From Candidatus Wildermuthbacteria bacterium (GTDB lineage: Bacteria; Patescibacteriota; Minisyncoccia; Minisyncoccales; UBA10102), in contig JACPMK010000002.1 in the NCBI GenBank assembly GCA_016186115.1, positions 274,323-338,322 of the forward strand: a DNA stretch of 64,000 bases, given 5' to 3'. Positions 25,599 through 37,404 of this stretch are shown one piece after another (within the stretch, counting starts at the first letter, position 1; each line of letters opens with the position of its first letter). The notes under the pieces were generated by a model, which did no database searches, had not been told where the DNA came from, and saw only the letters and a list, made by a program, of their open reading frames with translations. The translations under genes and the position numbers were made by a program.

Positions 25599-26975
25599 TT
25601 ATACTTTTGATGTTGCTTCTTTTCTTTTTCCTTTCAACTCGGTGATGCGATCGCGAAATTGCGCTGCCTTTTCATACTCTTCTGATTGCGCGCATTCCAA
25701 CATTTGCTTGCGCAAGTGCTCGATAATTTTATCAAATTCTTCAGGAGGAACGTATGGGGCCGAGGTATCAAGGCGCATCGAGACCTCCTCGTCGTAGTGC
25801 TCTTTGACCAAATCTTCCACTATCCCATTCCTTTGCCAGTCAAGCGCCGTAAACACAATATTTTTATACAACTCCTGGGCTTTCTTTGCTGATTGGATAT
25901 TTTTCCCTTCGAGAATCAAAACGACCTCGAGCAGTTCTTTTGCCCCCTTTTCCAAAATTTCCAAACTCCACCATGGCTTTGCCGAAGCCCACCAATATTG
26001 ATCCGAATGCAAGGCCTTGTCGAGCAAGGCCCGTGCTTTTTGATACGGTTTTCCTTTCTCCTTTGCTTTTTTCGCTTCACCAATCGCAAGAGCGGTAAGT
26101 TGCCACTGCATGCGATGAATTGCGTTTTTGGGATTGTACCAGCGGGAAAAAGGAAGATTACGCGCAATATCTTTGTGCATCAAAGCCCATGACGCGGGAA
26201 TCGGATCGCATGCCGTTTTTTCGAACGAATGCTTTCCCAACAATTCTGAAATGGTTGCGGTGGGAAGTTCTTTTGATTGGTAAATATCAAAGAGAAGTTT
26301 TTCGAGCCCGGGCCGGTGATGCCCGAACGTTTCTCCGTCCATTGCAGTAAGCAGATACTCATTTTTTTGCAGTCGCGGCCCCAAATTCGCAAGCAGCATG
26401 GGGCCGGAGCCCAATTGCGCAGAAAGAATTTTGAAAGAGGTTTCCCGCTCCCGGAAAAAAACAGTGAAATCACCAAGCCCCTCAATGGTGTAAATCTTTG
26501 AATAATCGGGATTTTCTCCGGGATACGATGCCTCGTCGGCAAGCATCCATTTGTATCCCAAATCGCGGATAATCTTTGCAATGTCTTTGGTAAAGGCCAT
26601 TTCCGGAGGAAAGAATCCCATGGGTTGATACGCGTCTCCAAAATACTTCTGATTTGTCTGCTGATTCAGATGAATCTGGCGGATAATTTCTTCTTTGGGG
26701 AGTTTGGGCAAAAATGCGTGATATTTCGCGCTGCCCGTAAATTCAAGCTGCCCTGCTTTTGCCAAACTCCGCAGGTTTTCGATCACATCATTGAATCCAT
26801 GCTTTGCTAATAGTTCCGTAAGCCCGGCATTGATATTGAGTGTAAGTTTTGCATCAGGAGTGCGCTGAAGCTCCTGAATGATTTTGCGGTAACTTTCATG
26901 AACAACTTTTTCCAAAATTTTTGGCTTCTGGTTTGATGGCTGATAGATATGAAGAAAATTTGCCCAAATCATAGT
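25599..26975 (-). CDS. glycoside hydrolase family 57 protein with C-terminal UVR motif
   Basis: GH57 signatures ANFLHIYQP near the N-terminus and MDGETFGHHRPG (catalytic Glu region). The C-terminal SEEYEKAAQFRDRITELK matches the UvrB/UvrC UVR motif. Start taken at MIWANF. Confidence 0.8.
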   Translation of the reverse strand, partial: TMIWANFLHIYQPSNQKPKILEKVVHESYRKIIQELQRTPDAKLTLNINAGLTELLAKHGFNDVIENLRSLAKAGQLEFTGSAKYHAFLPKLPKEEIIRQIHLNQQTNQKYFGDAYQPMGFFPPEMAFTKDIAKIIRDLGYKWMLADEASYPGENPDYSKIYTIEGLGDFTVFFRERETSFKILSAQLGSGPMLLANLGPRLQKNEYLLTAMDGETFGHHRPGLEKLLFDIYQSKELPTATISELLGKHSFEKTACDPIPASWALMHKDIARNLPFSRWYNPKNAIHRMQWQLTALAIGEAKKAKEKGKPYQKARALLDKALHSDQYWWASAKPWWSLEILEKGAKELLEVVLILEGKNIQSAKKAQELYKNIVFTALDWQRNGIVEDLVKEHYDEEVSMRLDTSAPYVPPEEFDKIIEHLRKQMLECAQSEEYEKAAQFRDRITELKGKRKEATSKV

Positions 26976-28525
26976 GTGCACGCTCTTTGATAAAGTTCGA
27001 TATACCTTTTTGCAGAAGTATTCCATGAGAAGTCAGCTTTCATTGCTCTTCGAACCAATCTTTCCCATGTTTTTTTGTATTTATAGGTTTCCAACCCCCG
27101 TACAATCGCACCAAAAAACGCATAGGAATGGAATTCCTCAAAGGTAAACCCGGTGCCGGTATTTCTGATAGGGTCAAAGTTCTCTACGGTGTCAGCCAAT
27201 CCTCCGGTCTCGCGCACCACAGGAATTGCTCCGTAGCGCATTGCTTCCATTTGGGTAATGCCGCACGGCTCAAATTTGGATGGCATCAAGAATAAATCGC
27301 TTCCCGCAAAAACATGCCGGGCCAAGGTCACGTCGGACATCAAATGGGTCCCTACCCGATGAGGAAATTTTTTATTGAGTTCTTCAAAAAAAGTGCGGTA
27401 TTCCGGCTCCCCTCCGCCCACCACCACAAATTCAATCATATGTTCGGCAAGCAGAACTTCAAGAATCGGAAACAGCAGATCAATCCCCTTTTGCTCGTAC
27501 AATCTGCCAACCATACCCAAAACAGGAATATCTTCGCCCATATCAAGGTTAAATTCTTTTTGCAAATGGAGTTTATTCTCCACACGATCCTTGAGATTCC
27601 TTATGGTAAAGTTCTTGACAAGAGATGGATCGGTCGCCGGGTTCAATTCCTTGTGGTCCAGACCATTCAAAATGCCGAATACTTTTGTGCGCACTTCCTG
27701 CAGCAGATCCTCCAAGCCCTCGCCATATTCTTTGGTAAGAATTTCTTTGGCATAGGTTTCAGATACCGTATTCACAAGGTCAGAATACAAAATACCCCGC
27801 TTCACAAAATTCTGCTTTAAAAGACGCTCTGCGAAAAAAGAGGCGATGGGCGATCTTCCGTCGTCTGCGTCAAGTTCAGAAACAAAGCGATGATCAAATA
27901 CTCCTTGATGATAGAGATTATGAATCGAAAAAACAGTTTTGATGCCGCCCAGAACAGGGTCATTACTATAGCTTGTTTTCAAATAATTCGGGAGGGCACC
28001 GGTATGCCAATCCGCGCAATTAATCACGTCGGGCACCCAATCGGATTGCCGCAAAAATTCCAAGGCCCCGCGCGAAAGAAGCACAAAACGTATGGGGTCA
28101 TCAGAATAGCCGTAGACATTGGAGCGCTTCTCGTAATACTCCATGTTTTCCAAGAAGTAAACCATCGGATCGGATTTCCGCTTTGCGTACTGCTTAACAT
28201 TGCAAACGAGCGATTCCTTTCCTTCGGCTGGGTCATCCGTAGGAACTTGTAATCCCTCGAGCAACATTTTCAAACGATATTTCTTCTCGTCGATCTGCCC
28301 GTATTTGGGCATAAAAATCCGAACGTCAAGCCCCTCCTTTTTCAGAGCTCTTGTCAATGAAAAAATGGCCATTCCAAGGCCTCCAACTGACGCATAGGGA
28401 TATGCTTCCGAAACAACGAACAGTACCTTCAACTGCTTATGGGAAGAATTCCCCTTTTTCTGGTTATTATTTGCCATAAAAAAAGCTGCACTCCAAGGCC
28501 ATTCACTATAGCACGAAGAGCTCAA
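26969..28525 (-). CDS. second GT5 glycogen-synthase-like alpha-glucan synthase
   Basis: SVGGLGMAIFSLTRAL and CADWHTGA motifs plus a GT-B C-terminal domain; only distantly related to the first glgA. Confidence 0.75.
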   Translation of the reverse strand: MSSSCYSEWPWSAAFFMANNNQKKGNSSHKQLKVLFVVSEAYPYASVGGLGMAIFSLTRALKKEGLDVRIFMPKYGQIDEKKYRLKMLLEGLQVPTDDPAEGKESLVCNVKQYAKRKSDPMVYFLENMEYYEKRSNVYGYSDDPIRFVLLSRGALEFLRQSDWVPDVINCADWHTGALPNYLKTSYSNDPVLGGIKTVFSIHNLYHQGVFDHRFVSELDADDGRSPIASFFAERLLKQNFVKRGILYSDLVNTVSETYAKEILTKEYGEGLEDLLQEVRTKVFGILNGLDHKELNPATDPSLVKNFTIRNLKDRVENKLHLQKEFNLDMGEDIPVLGMVGRLYEQKGIDLLFPILEVLLAEHMIEFVVVGGGEPEYRTFFEELNKKFPHRVGTHLMSDVTLARHVFAGSDLFLMPSKFEPCGITQMEAMRYGAIPVVRETGGLADTVENFDPIRNTGTGFTFEEFHSYAFFGAIVRGLETYKYKKTWERLVRRAMKADFSWNTSAKRYIELYQRACTL

Positions 28526-28582
28526 CTTGTAAAACCTCCCAATTATTCTATTATACGAAATTCTTGTGCTTGGAGCAAATTC

Positions 28583-28966
28583 CTACACCAACCATTCCTT
28601 CCAATTCTTTGGCCAACCGAGTATAAGCAGCAATGCCAAAGGCGCGCCCCAGTTTGCCCAACGCTCAACAAAATCCCAAATCGGCTCTCCAACCACTGGA
28701 CGCAAAAGCGCTGTCCAGAATCCCCAGATTACAGCCCAAAGCAATGCTGCCTTCACTGGTCTTACCAAAACGATCAATGCTACCGACAAATCCAGTAAAC
28801 CAACTAATGTAAGCAATGTTGCTGCGGTTCCGACTTCTACGCGAAGAAGCTCCTGGATCCATTTAATCCATGCCTCCTTCCCTTGCAAGGCAAAAACGCC
28901 GTGCCCGACAAACTCACCGGCTACCGCAATGCGCAGCACCCACTCCACAATTCGAGTATTACTCAT
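28583..28966 (-). CDS. hypothetical multi-TM membrane protein
   Basis: Start taken at MSNTRIVEWVL; 3-4 TM helices, Trp-rich. Confidence 0.45.
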   Translation of the reverse strand: MSNTRIVEWVLRIAVAGEFVGHGVFALQGKEAWIKWIQELLRVEVGTAATLLTLVGLLDLSVALIVLVRPVKAALLWAVIWGFWTALLRPVVGEPIWDFVERWANWGAPLALLLILGWPKNWKEWLV

Positions 28967-29037
28967 ATGTATGTATTGTAGCACATCAGAAAAATAAAAG
29001 GCAGCGGGACTCACGTCTCGCCGCCTTTCCTTCTCAT

Positions 29038-29235
29038 TCACCAGCCAAGCGCCTCGATCACGTCGTCGGCAGAATTATAGGTTCCCTCGGGCAGCTTCTC
29101 TGAAAATTCTTTCTTATCTTTGTCAGAAAAATCGGAGAGATTATTGCAGTGAGCGACTAGCTCTTCCCTGCTTGCAGGATAGGTCGCGTGCGTACGCAAA
29201 TGGCTGATCGCGTTTTCTTTGTTTTGCATATACAT
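29038..29235 (-). CDS. DUF2795-like small protein
   Basis: MYMQNKENAISHLRTHATYPASREELVAHC...KLPEGTYNSADDVIEALG fits the DUF2795 pattern (YPA.K.EL...LP...Y....DV..A.G). The longer track ORF has an unlikely extension. Confidence 0.5.
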   Translation of the reverse strand: MYMQNKENAISHLRTHATYPASREELVAHCNNLSDFSDKDKKEFSEKLPEGTYNSADDVIEALGW

Positions 29236-29470
29236 TCGTAAGTAATTTAGATATTCGACCTTTACGCGCCTTTTAATTAGAGGACGAACGTGCCAACCAA
29301 ATCTGTAACTTTGTATTTCTTCAATCAAAACGAAAAAGGCCATCCATTGGCCTTCTCTAAACTCAAAAATATACCGATCTCAACGGATATTGACTTGAGC
29401 TTTATCTCGATTCTAACTTAGACAACTGGCGGTGTCTGTTTGAAAATATCCGAACGGAACTGGCTGGGCT

Positions 29471-29509
29471 CGGCGGGCGGAATTCCCCCCACACCCCCCT
29501 TCCGCCCGC
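29471..29509. other. GC-rich hairpin (11-bp stem ggcgggcggaa/ttccgcccgcc with C-rich/G-rich loop) within a ~330-nt intergenic gap
   Basis: Seen directly in the sequence. It may be a terminator for gene 29567..30172 or part of a small structured RNA. Confidence 0.3.
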
Positions 29510-29566
29510 CTCGCCTTGAACCGGAGCGGAAAGGACGATTTCAAGTTTTTCTTTGGCGGCAAATTT

Positions 29567-30172
29567 TTAGATAATTCCCTGACACTCACTATTGGGTCCG
29601 TCCCACAAAATAGTCCCGTCTTGTAAATCAACATAAATTTTCCTGCGATTCGCCCCAGTTTCCAGATTACAATAGCTAATCTCTGCAACAATTTCGTCGT
29701 TATACATGACCAATTCAAAATATTGATCGTTGAGATTTTCTCGTCTGGCAATTTCCTTTAATTCTTCAGGGGAAAGTTTGAAGTCACATTGATTTTTATC
29801 TTTTTCACAACTGGGCAAAGTTAAAGGAACGTCGTTATTTGCTATCTCTACCTGATTGTTTGTAAATGTGTAGAAGAAAAGAAATTCAGATCCCCCATAT
29901 TTCTCGGCAGGAAGAAATTTGTAGCGGAGGTAAGAACCGCCTGCCTGATCAGTATCACGAAACTTTTCCGATTTTTCGTAATCAAATTCATAGTTCTTTT
30001 GAAACTCTGAGTTTCCCACCAAGCTTATTACATAACTATCAGCCGCAGCTTTAATCGTCGGGTCAAACTGTTCTGAATCTCTGGTTTGAGTAGTTACAAA
30101 GTAAACACCAATCACTATCAAAATGACCACAATGCCAATAAGTATAAATTTTATAAAACTGTTTTGGTTCAT
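29567..30172 (-). CDS. membrane-anchored extracytoplasmic protein with 4 Cys, unknown function
   Basis: Start taken at MNQNSF; single N-terminal TM (FIKFILIGIVVILIVIGVYFV), then a soluble domain with paired Cys. Confidence 0.45.
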   Translation of the reverse strand: MNQNSFIKFILIGIVVILIVIGVYFVTTQTRDSEQFDPTIKAAADSYVISLVGNSEFQKNYEFDYEKSEKFRDTDQAGGSYLRYKFLPAEKYGGSEFLFFYTFTNNQVEIANNDVPLTLPSCEKDKNQCDFKLSPEELKEIARRENLNDQYFELVMYNDEIVAEISYCNLETGANRRKIYVDLQDGTILWDGPNSECQGII

Positions 30173-30332
30173 ACTGATGATGCTTTTGAACTTTTTTAAA
30201 AAATTTCTTATGCCCTTATTGATAAATCCTTTTCCTTTTCGCCAAAAAAACCCTTTCAAATCCTAGCCGAGCGGCACGTCCCGCGCCGCGAGCTTGCTTC
30301 TTCCAATTCCGATTTTCAATTTTGGCGGTGGG

Positions 30333-30420
30333 GGTGGGATTTGAACCCACGATACCTTTCGGTATACCTGCTCTCCAAGCAGGCGCACTAGGCCGCTATG
30401 CGACCCCACCATTTACCTCG
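30333..30420 (-). tRNA. tRNA-Ser (anticodon GGA), class II with long variable arm
   Basis: Minus strand GGTGGGGTCGCATAGCGGCCTAGTGCGCCTGCTTGGAGAGCAGGTATACCGAAAGGTATCGTGGGTTCAAATCCCACCCCCACCGCCA: anticodon loop TTGGAGA, T-loop TTCAAAT, CCA encoded. Confidence 0.85.
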
Positions 30421-30943
30421 GGAGCGAGGTGAGAATCTTTGAAAGTGTTGGGTGCTGCGCAAGAAACTTATACCGCAAAAGCTTTACAATCGCAAGGACA
30501 TCGAGCACCTCTTCTTTGAGTATTTCTGGTCCGGAAAATACTTCCCAAATTTCCGCGACCACATTGTTGAGGTAACGATAGAGCACTTCGTGCTCTGCTT
30601 TTTCCTTAATATACGCAATCAATTCCTTGAACTCTCCCCTATCAAGCCATACTCCGTAGCATAGATTGCATACATCGATTTTGATCTGCGAGTCACCATA
30701 CGCTGTTTCGTATAAGGGCATGCGATCTTTGGGGCAGAATTTTTGCGCAGGAGAAATGCGGAATTTGGTTTCATCTCTCCATAAATCAAAGTCGAGCCAG
30801 CGAAAACTCCGGTCTTTTTCGTCTTTTGCAAACTGCAACTCATCCTCTTCAAACCAAAGACCATAGCAACGCGGGCAGTAATCAACCGCCACATTTGCAA
30901 TAATTGCCTGCTCCAATTTTATTTTGCACAAAGGACATCTCAT
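30413..30943 (-). CDS. protein with two zf-TFIIB-type zinc-ribbon domains
   Basis: Two copies of CP.C....C..CYG.W.d..E (CPLCK...CPRCYGLWFEEDEL; CPKD...CNLCYGVWLDRGEF). Confidence 0.65.
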   Translation of the reverse strand: MRCPLCKIKLEQAIIANVAVDYCPRCYGLWFEEDELQFAKDEKDRSFRWLDFDLWRDETKFRISPAQKFCPKDRMPLYETAYGDSQIKIDVCNLCYGVWLDRGEFKELIAYIKEKAEHEVLYRYLNNVVAEIWEVFSGPEILKEEVLDVLAIVKLLRYKFLAQHPTLSKILTSLPR

Positions 30944-30950
30944 AAAGATA

Positions 30951-31862
30951 CTAAATACTCATTCCGCGCAGGGCGGCGATGCGCTCTTCCACGGGCGGGT
31001 GGGTCATGAACAATTTATGAATCCAACTTATCCTTTCTTTGTTTCGAAAAGGATTCACGAGATACAAATGGGCTGTGGCGTCATTGGCGCTTCGTAGCTC
31101 GTGAGGGTCGGCCGCAATTTTTTCTAAAGCGCGAGCCAATCCTTCTGGATGGCGGGTAAGCAAAGCGCCCGAAGCATCTGCAAGAAACTCGCGCTTGCGT
31201 GAAATTGCAAGCTTCATAAGCTGAGCCAAGATGGGAGCAACAATGATAGCCACAAGCGATACAAGAATTAAAATTCCGCGCAATTGCCCTCCTTCCCTGT
31301 CGCGATCCCTGCCGCCAAGCCCACCCCAGAAAGTAATCCGAAAAAAGAAATCGGCCATCAGCACCACAACTCCCACCAACACCACAACAATGGTGGAAAC
31401 AAGCATATCTCTGTTGCCGATATGAGAAAGTTCGTGCGCAAGAACCCCTTCCAATTCCACCCGGTCTAACCGTTCGAGCAATGCCGTGGTTGCCGCGACA
31501 ACCGCGTGCTGGGCATTGCGACCAGTGGCAAAAGCATTGGGCTGGCGATCTTCAATGATATAAATTTTTGGTGCGGGCAGCCCTGCGGTAATAGAAAGAT
31601 TCTCTACAATGCGATACAGTTCAGGATTATCCTGCTTTTCAATTTTCTTGGCCTTGCTTATTGCCAACACGATCTTATCGGAATACCAATAAGACCCGAT
31701 GCTCATTACAATGCTCAACACCACTGCGAAAACAAGAATAGATGGATTCTGAAATGTATAACTTAATAGCCATCCCAATCCAATGACAAAAAGAAAAAAT
31801 CCCGCGAGATAAACCCACGTCTTGAAGATGTTGGATTCTTTATTGGCATACAGATTGGCCAT
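30951..31862 (-). CDS. htpX: zinc metalloprotease HtpX (peptidase M48)
   Basis: HELSHIGNRD (HExxH) with flanking TM helices; start taken at MANLYAN. Confidence 0.85.
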   Translation of the reverse strand: MANLYANKESNIFKTWVYLAGFFLFVIGLGWLLSYTFQNPSILVFAVVLSIVMSIGSYWYSDKIVLAISKAKKIEKQDNPELYRIVENLSITAGLPAPKIYIIEDRQPNAFATGRNAQHAVVAATTALLERLDRVELEGVLAHELSHIGNRDMLVSTIVVVLVGVVVLMADFFFRITFWGGLGGRDRDREGGQLRGILILVSLVAIIVAPILAQLMKLAISRKREFLADASGALLTRHPEGLARALEKIAADPHELRSANDATAHLYLVNPFRNKERISWIHKLFMTHPPVEERIAALRGMSI

Positions 31863-31863
31863 A

Positions 31864-32418
31864 CTAAAACTTGACTTGCGGCGTGGCGCGCTGGGCTGGT
31901 TCTTCGATCTCGAAAAACTCCTCCTTCTTGAATCCGAACATACCGGCCATGAGATTGATTGGAAAGCTTTCAATACTGGTATTCAAAGCCATCACGGTGG
32001 TGTTGTAAAAACGCCTCGCTGCCTGAATTTTATCTTCGGTATCGCGCAATTCCCGCTGCAATTCCACAAAATTGGCCGATGCTTTTAAATCAGGATAGGC
32101 CTCGGCAACTGCAAACAAACTCTTTAATGTTTGGGAAAGCATGTTTTCTTTCTCTGCCTTGTCGTGCATTCCAGTTGCGCCCATTGCCCGGGCACGGGCT
32201 TCGGTCACTTTCTCAAAAAGTTCTTTCTCGTGCGCCGCATACCCTTTGACCGTATTCACCAGATTTGGAATCAAGTCGTAGCGACGCTTTAGCTGCACAT
32301 CGATATCAGAAGATGCTTCTTTGGCTCGGTTGCGAAGCGTAACCAAACGATTATACATGGCAATTAGCCACAGAACCAAAAGCACAACAACGCCTAGAAT
32401 GATCCAAGATGCTTGCAT
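31864..32418 (-). CDS. lemA: LemA family protein
   Basis: N-terminal TM followed by the conserved LemA region (NRLVTLRNRAKEASSDIDVQLKRRYDLIPNLV). Confidence 0.8.
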   Translation of the reverse strand: MQASWIILGVVVLLVLWLIAMYNRLVTLRNRAKEASSDIDVQLKRRYDLIPNLVNTVKGYAAHEKELFEKVTEARARAMGATGMHDKAEKENMLSQTLKSLFAVAEAYPDLKASANFVELQRELRDTEDKIQAARRFYNTTVMALNTSIESFPINLMAGMFGFKKEEFFEIEEPAQRATPQVKF

Positions 32419-32464
32419 ATAAGTTGTATGTTAAGTTATAGCTACTCTTATTTTATGATACCAG

Positions 32465-32500
32465 AAAAGAAAAAACCCTTCTAGGGGAAGGATTTTTTCT
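32465..32500 (-). terminator. rho-independent terminator after groES-groEL (hairpin ccttc-taggg-gaagg flanked by A and T tracts; possibly bidirectional)
   Basis: Forward sequence is gaaaagaaaaaacccttctaggggaaggattttttcttt. Confidence 0.5.
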
Positions 32501-32506
32501 TTAGTT

Positions 32507-34451
<1,945 letters not shown>

Positions 34452-34538
34452 ACAAAAATACCATTAGCACTTTTGACCTTTGATTGCTAATTTCTGTTTA
34501 TAATTTAGATGAACATCCCATCCTTGTCAAGCCCCCTC

Positions 34539-37349
34539 TTACAATGCGCCCTTGAGATACTGGCCGGTGTAGCTCTTTTTATTTTTTACAATATCTTTGG
34601 GCGTGCCTTCGGCGACGATCTCCCCTCCTTTCTCTCCGCCTTCGGGGCCAAGGTCAACAATCCAATCAGCATTTTTCACTACATCCAAATTATGTTCAAT
34701 AACCAATACTGTGTTATCCCGATCGGCAAGCTCCCGCAACACATGCAATAATTTTTTGCAATCTTCAAAATGAAGCCCGGTGGTTGGCTCATCCAAAATA
34801 TATAAGGTTCTGCCGGTTGCCCGCCGCGAGAGTTCGGTCGCAAGTTTTACCCGCTGCGCTTCTCCTCCGGAAAGCGAAGGGGCGGGCTGGCCCAATTCCA
34901 CATATCCCAATCCAACCTCGTGCAATGTTTTTAATTTCGCGTAGAGCGACGGGATGTGTTTGAAAAATACGAGTGCTTCTTCAACGGTCATACGGAGAAT
35001 TTCTGCAATGTTCTTTTCCTTGTATTCGATCTCGAGCACCTCTCTGGTGTAGCGCGTACCGTGACATTCTTCGCACTCCACATACACATCCGGCAAAAAA
35101 TACATTTCGATTTTCTTTAACCCTTGGCCTTCACATGCTTCACATCGCCCTCCCTTCACGTTAAAAGAAAATCTCCCGGCATTGTATCCACGGATTCTCG
35201 CCTCCTTTGTTTTCACGAACAGATCCCGAATCGAAGCAAACGCTCCGGTATAGGTTACAGGATTGGAACGCGGGGTTCTTCCAATGGGCGACTGATCAAC
35301 CAACACCACTTTATTCAAATGTTCTATGCCATCGATCGCGGTATATGCTCCAGGTTCTTCTTTGGCTTTGTAGAAATGTTTCAGAAGCGCCTTTGCCAAA
35401 ATATCATTCACGAGCGTACTTTTGCCGGATCCCGAAACGCCAGTCAGACAGACGAACTTTCCCAAAGGAATTTTTACCGTAATATTTTTCAGGTTGTGTT
35501 CTTTTGCTCCTTTGATTGTTAAGTATTTAGTATTTTGTATTTCGTACTTCGTACTTGGAACCTCCACCTTTTTCTTGCCCGAAAGATATTCTCCTGTTAA
35601 GGTATGAGCTTTTTGCAGCTGCGCAGGTGTGCCCTCGAACAATACTTCTCCCCCGTGCTTGCCAGCTCCCGGGCCAATATCAACTACCCAATCAGCAGAA
35701 GAAATGGTCTGACTATCATGTTCCACCACCACAACGCTATTCCCCAAGTCGCGAAGTTCGCGCAACGTATTGATCAACCGCTGCTGATCTCTGGCATGCA
35801 ATCCGATCGAAGGTTCATCCAGTATATAAAGAACGCCAGAAAGTTTTGAGCCAATTTGCGTTGCCAAACGGATGCGTTGCGCCTCGCCCCCCGAAAGCGT
35901 TTCTGCCTTGCGATCAAGGGTGAGATATTCAAGCCCAACATCACAAAGAAACTGAAGACGGTTTTGAATTTCTTTCACAATGGGCTGGATAATTTTCTTT
36001 TCATGCTCTTTTAAAGAGGAGGCCTTGCCGAACCCATTGAAAAATTCCGCGGTGCGGCTCAATTGCATCTCCACAATTTGATCGATAGAATGATCTGCCA
36101 CTGTTACCGCGAGAGCTTCGGGCTTGAGACGTTTTCCCTTGCATGCTTCGCAAATCTTTTCAACCATGTACTGCTCAATCTCTTCTCGTGCGTATTCAGA
36201 ATCTGTTTCGCGGTAGCGGCGTTCAAGCCATGGGATCACTCCTTCGAAATCCCCGTCTCCTCTAAGCACGAGATTTATTTTCTCTTTCGGAAGATCTCCG
36301 ACAGCCACTCGCAGAGAAAAATTCTGCTGCTTTGCCAATTCTTCGAGTTTCCACCAAAAGAACCCCTGTCTGCCGATTTTGTGCGAGGCATGCGCCCAAG
36401 GAAAAATTGCGCCCTCTGCAATAGAGAGGCGCGGATTGGGGATCACCCGGTTTGAATCAACCTCAAGCTTTTCTCCCAATCCTTGGCACACCGAACAGGC
36501 GCCATAGGGAGAATTGAAAGAAAAGAGGCGCGGTTCAATATCTGGCAAATTAATTCCGCAATGTTCGCAGGCAAATCGTTCCGAAAAGATAAGATCATGC
36601 GAATCTTTGGATTTGGCATCGATGAAAACAAGTCCCTTCCCAAGCTTTAGAGCGGTCTCCAACGAATCAGCAAGCCGGGGTTTGTCGAGATTCTTTTCGA
36701 TCGTAAGCCGGTCTACCGCAACTTCAATGGAATGTTTTTTCTTGCGATCAAGATCTGTTGCGAGGGCCTCTTCAACGCGCCACAGAGTTCCGTCGATTCT
36801 CACTCGCACAAAGCCTGCCTTTTGAATTTCTTCCAAAATGGCGCGATGCTCTCCTTTGCGATCGCGCACAACCGGGCCCAAAATCGCAATCTCTGTCCCC
36901 GATTCCAACTCCATCAATTGCTGGGCAATTTGGCTCACGCTTTGCCGTTTGACTTCTCTTTTGCAAATAGGACAATGCGGCACTCCCACTCTTGCAAATA
37001 AAAGTCGCAAATAGTCATAAATTTCTGTAATTGTGCCAACCGTAGAACGGGGATTATGCGCACCCTTTCTTTGATCAATGGCAATAGCGGGGCTGATTCC
37101 CTCGATACTGTCCACATCGGGTTTATCCATCACGCCCAAAAATTGTCTTGCATAGGCAGATAAACTCTCCACATACCGTCTTTGCCCTTCGGCATATAGC
37201 GTATCAAACGCGAGCGAGCTCTTGCCCGAACCCGAAAGCCCAGTAATCACCACCAATTTATTCTTTGGAATATCAACATTAATATTCTTTAAGTTATGCA
37301 CCCGGGCGCCTCGTATTTTAATCACATTCTCTTGCTTTGGAATACTCAT
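34539..37349 (-). CDS. uvrA: excinuclease ABC subunit UvrA
   Basis: Two ABC ATPase modules ([28 protein letters not shown] x2) and zinc-finger Cys clusters. Confidence 0.95.
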   Translation of the reverse strand: MSIPKQENVIKIRGARVHNLKNINVDIPKNKLVVITGLSGSGKSSLAFDTLYAEGQRRYVESLSAYARQFLGVMDKPDVDSIEGISPAIAIDQRKGAHNPRSTVGTITEIYDYLRLLFARVGVPHCPICKREVKRQSVSQIAQQLMELESGTEIAILGPVVRDRKGEHRAILEEIQKAGFVRVRIDGTLWRVEEALATDLDRKKKHSIEVAVDRLTIEKNLDKPRLADSLETALKLGKGLVFIDAKSKDSHDLIFSERFACEHCGINLPDIEPRLFSFNSPYGACSVCQGLGEKLEVDSNRVIPNPRLSIAEGAIFPWAHASHKIGRQGFFWWKLEELAKQQNFSLRVAVGDLPKEKINLVLRGDGDFEGVIPWLERRYRETDSEYAREEIEQYMVEKICEACKGKRLKPEALAVTVADHSIDQIVEMQLSRTAEFFNGFGKASSLKEHEKKIIQPIVKEIQNRLQFLCDVGLEYLTLDRKAETLSGGEAQRIRLATQIGSKLSGVLYILDEPSIGLHARDQQRLINTLRELRDLGNSVVVVEHDSQTISSADWVVDIGPGAGKHGGEVLFEGTPAQLQKAHTLTGEYLSGKKKVEVPSTKYEIQNTKYLTIKGAKEHNLKNITVKIPLGKFVCLTGVSGSGKSTLVNDILAKALLKHFYKAKEEPGAYTAIDGIEHLNKVVLVDQSPIGRTPRSNPVTYTGAFASIRDLFVKTKEARIRGYNAGRFSFNVKGGRCEACEGQGLKKIEMYFLPDVYVECEECHGTRYTREVLEIEYKEKNIAEILRMTVEEALVFFKHIPSLYAKLKTLHEVGLGYVELGQPAPSLSGGEAQRVKLATELSRRATGRTLYILDEPTTGLHFEDCKKLLHVLRELADRDNTVLVIEHNLDVVKNADWIVDLGPEGGEKGGEIVAEGTPKDIVKNKKSYTGQYLKGAL

Positions 37350-37367
37350 AATTCGGCTATAGTATAC

Positions 37368-37396
37368 TTGAAAATCAAGATAAAATCAATTGTAAT
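37368..37396 (+). promoter_or_regulatory. sigma70-like promoter TTGAAA-17nt-TGTAAT for uvrC (leaderless)
   Basis: -35 at 37368-37373 and -10 at 37391-37396; the ATG at 37405 is only 8 nt downstream, with no SD. Confidence 0.4.
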
Positions 37397-37404
37397 AAAA
37401 GCGC

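Noticed and set aside
29344-29566. SRP RNA or RNase P RNA in the GC-rich intergenic region
   Set aside because: No domain IV motif (…GGAAGGAAGCAGC…) for SRP and no P4/GGAAAGUCC-type motifs; at ~220 nt it is too short for RNase P. Left as an unexplained hairpin.
29413-29751. Minus-strand 112-aa ORF spanning the GC-rich hairpin region
   Set aside because: It overlaps the well-supported membrane-protein gene 29567..30172 in another frame and is driven by the GC-rich hairpin sequence; judged spurious.
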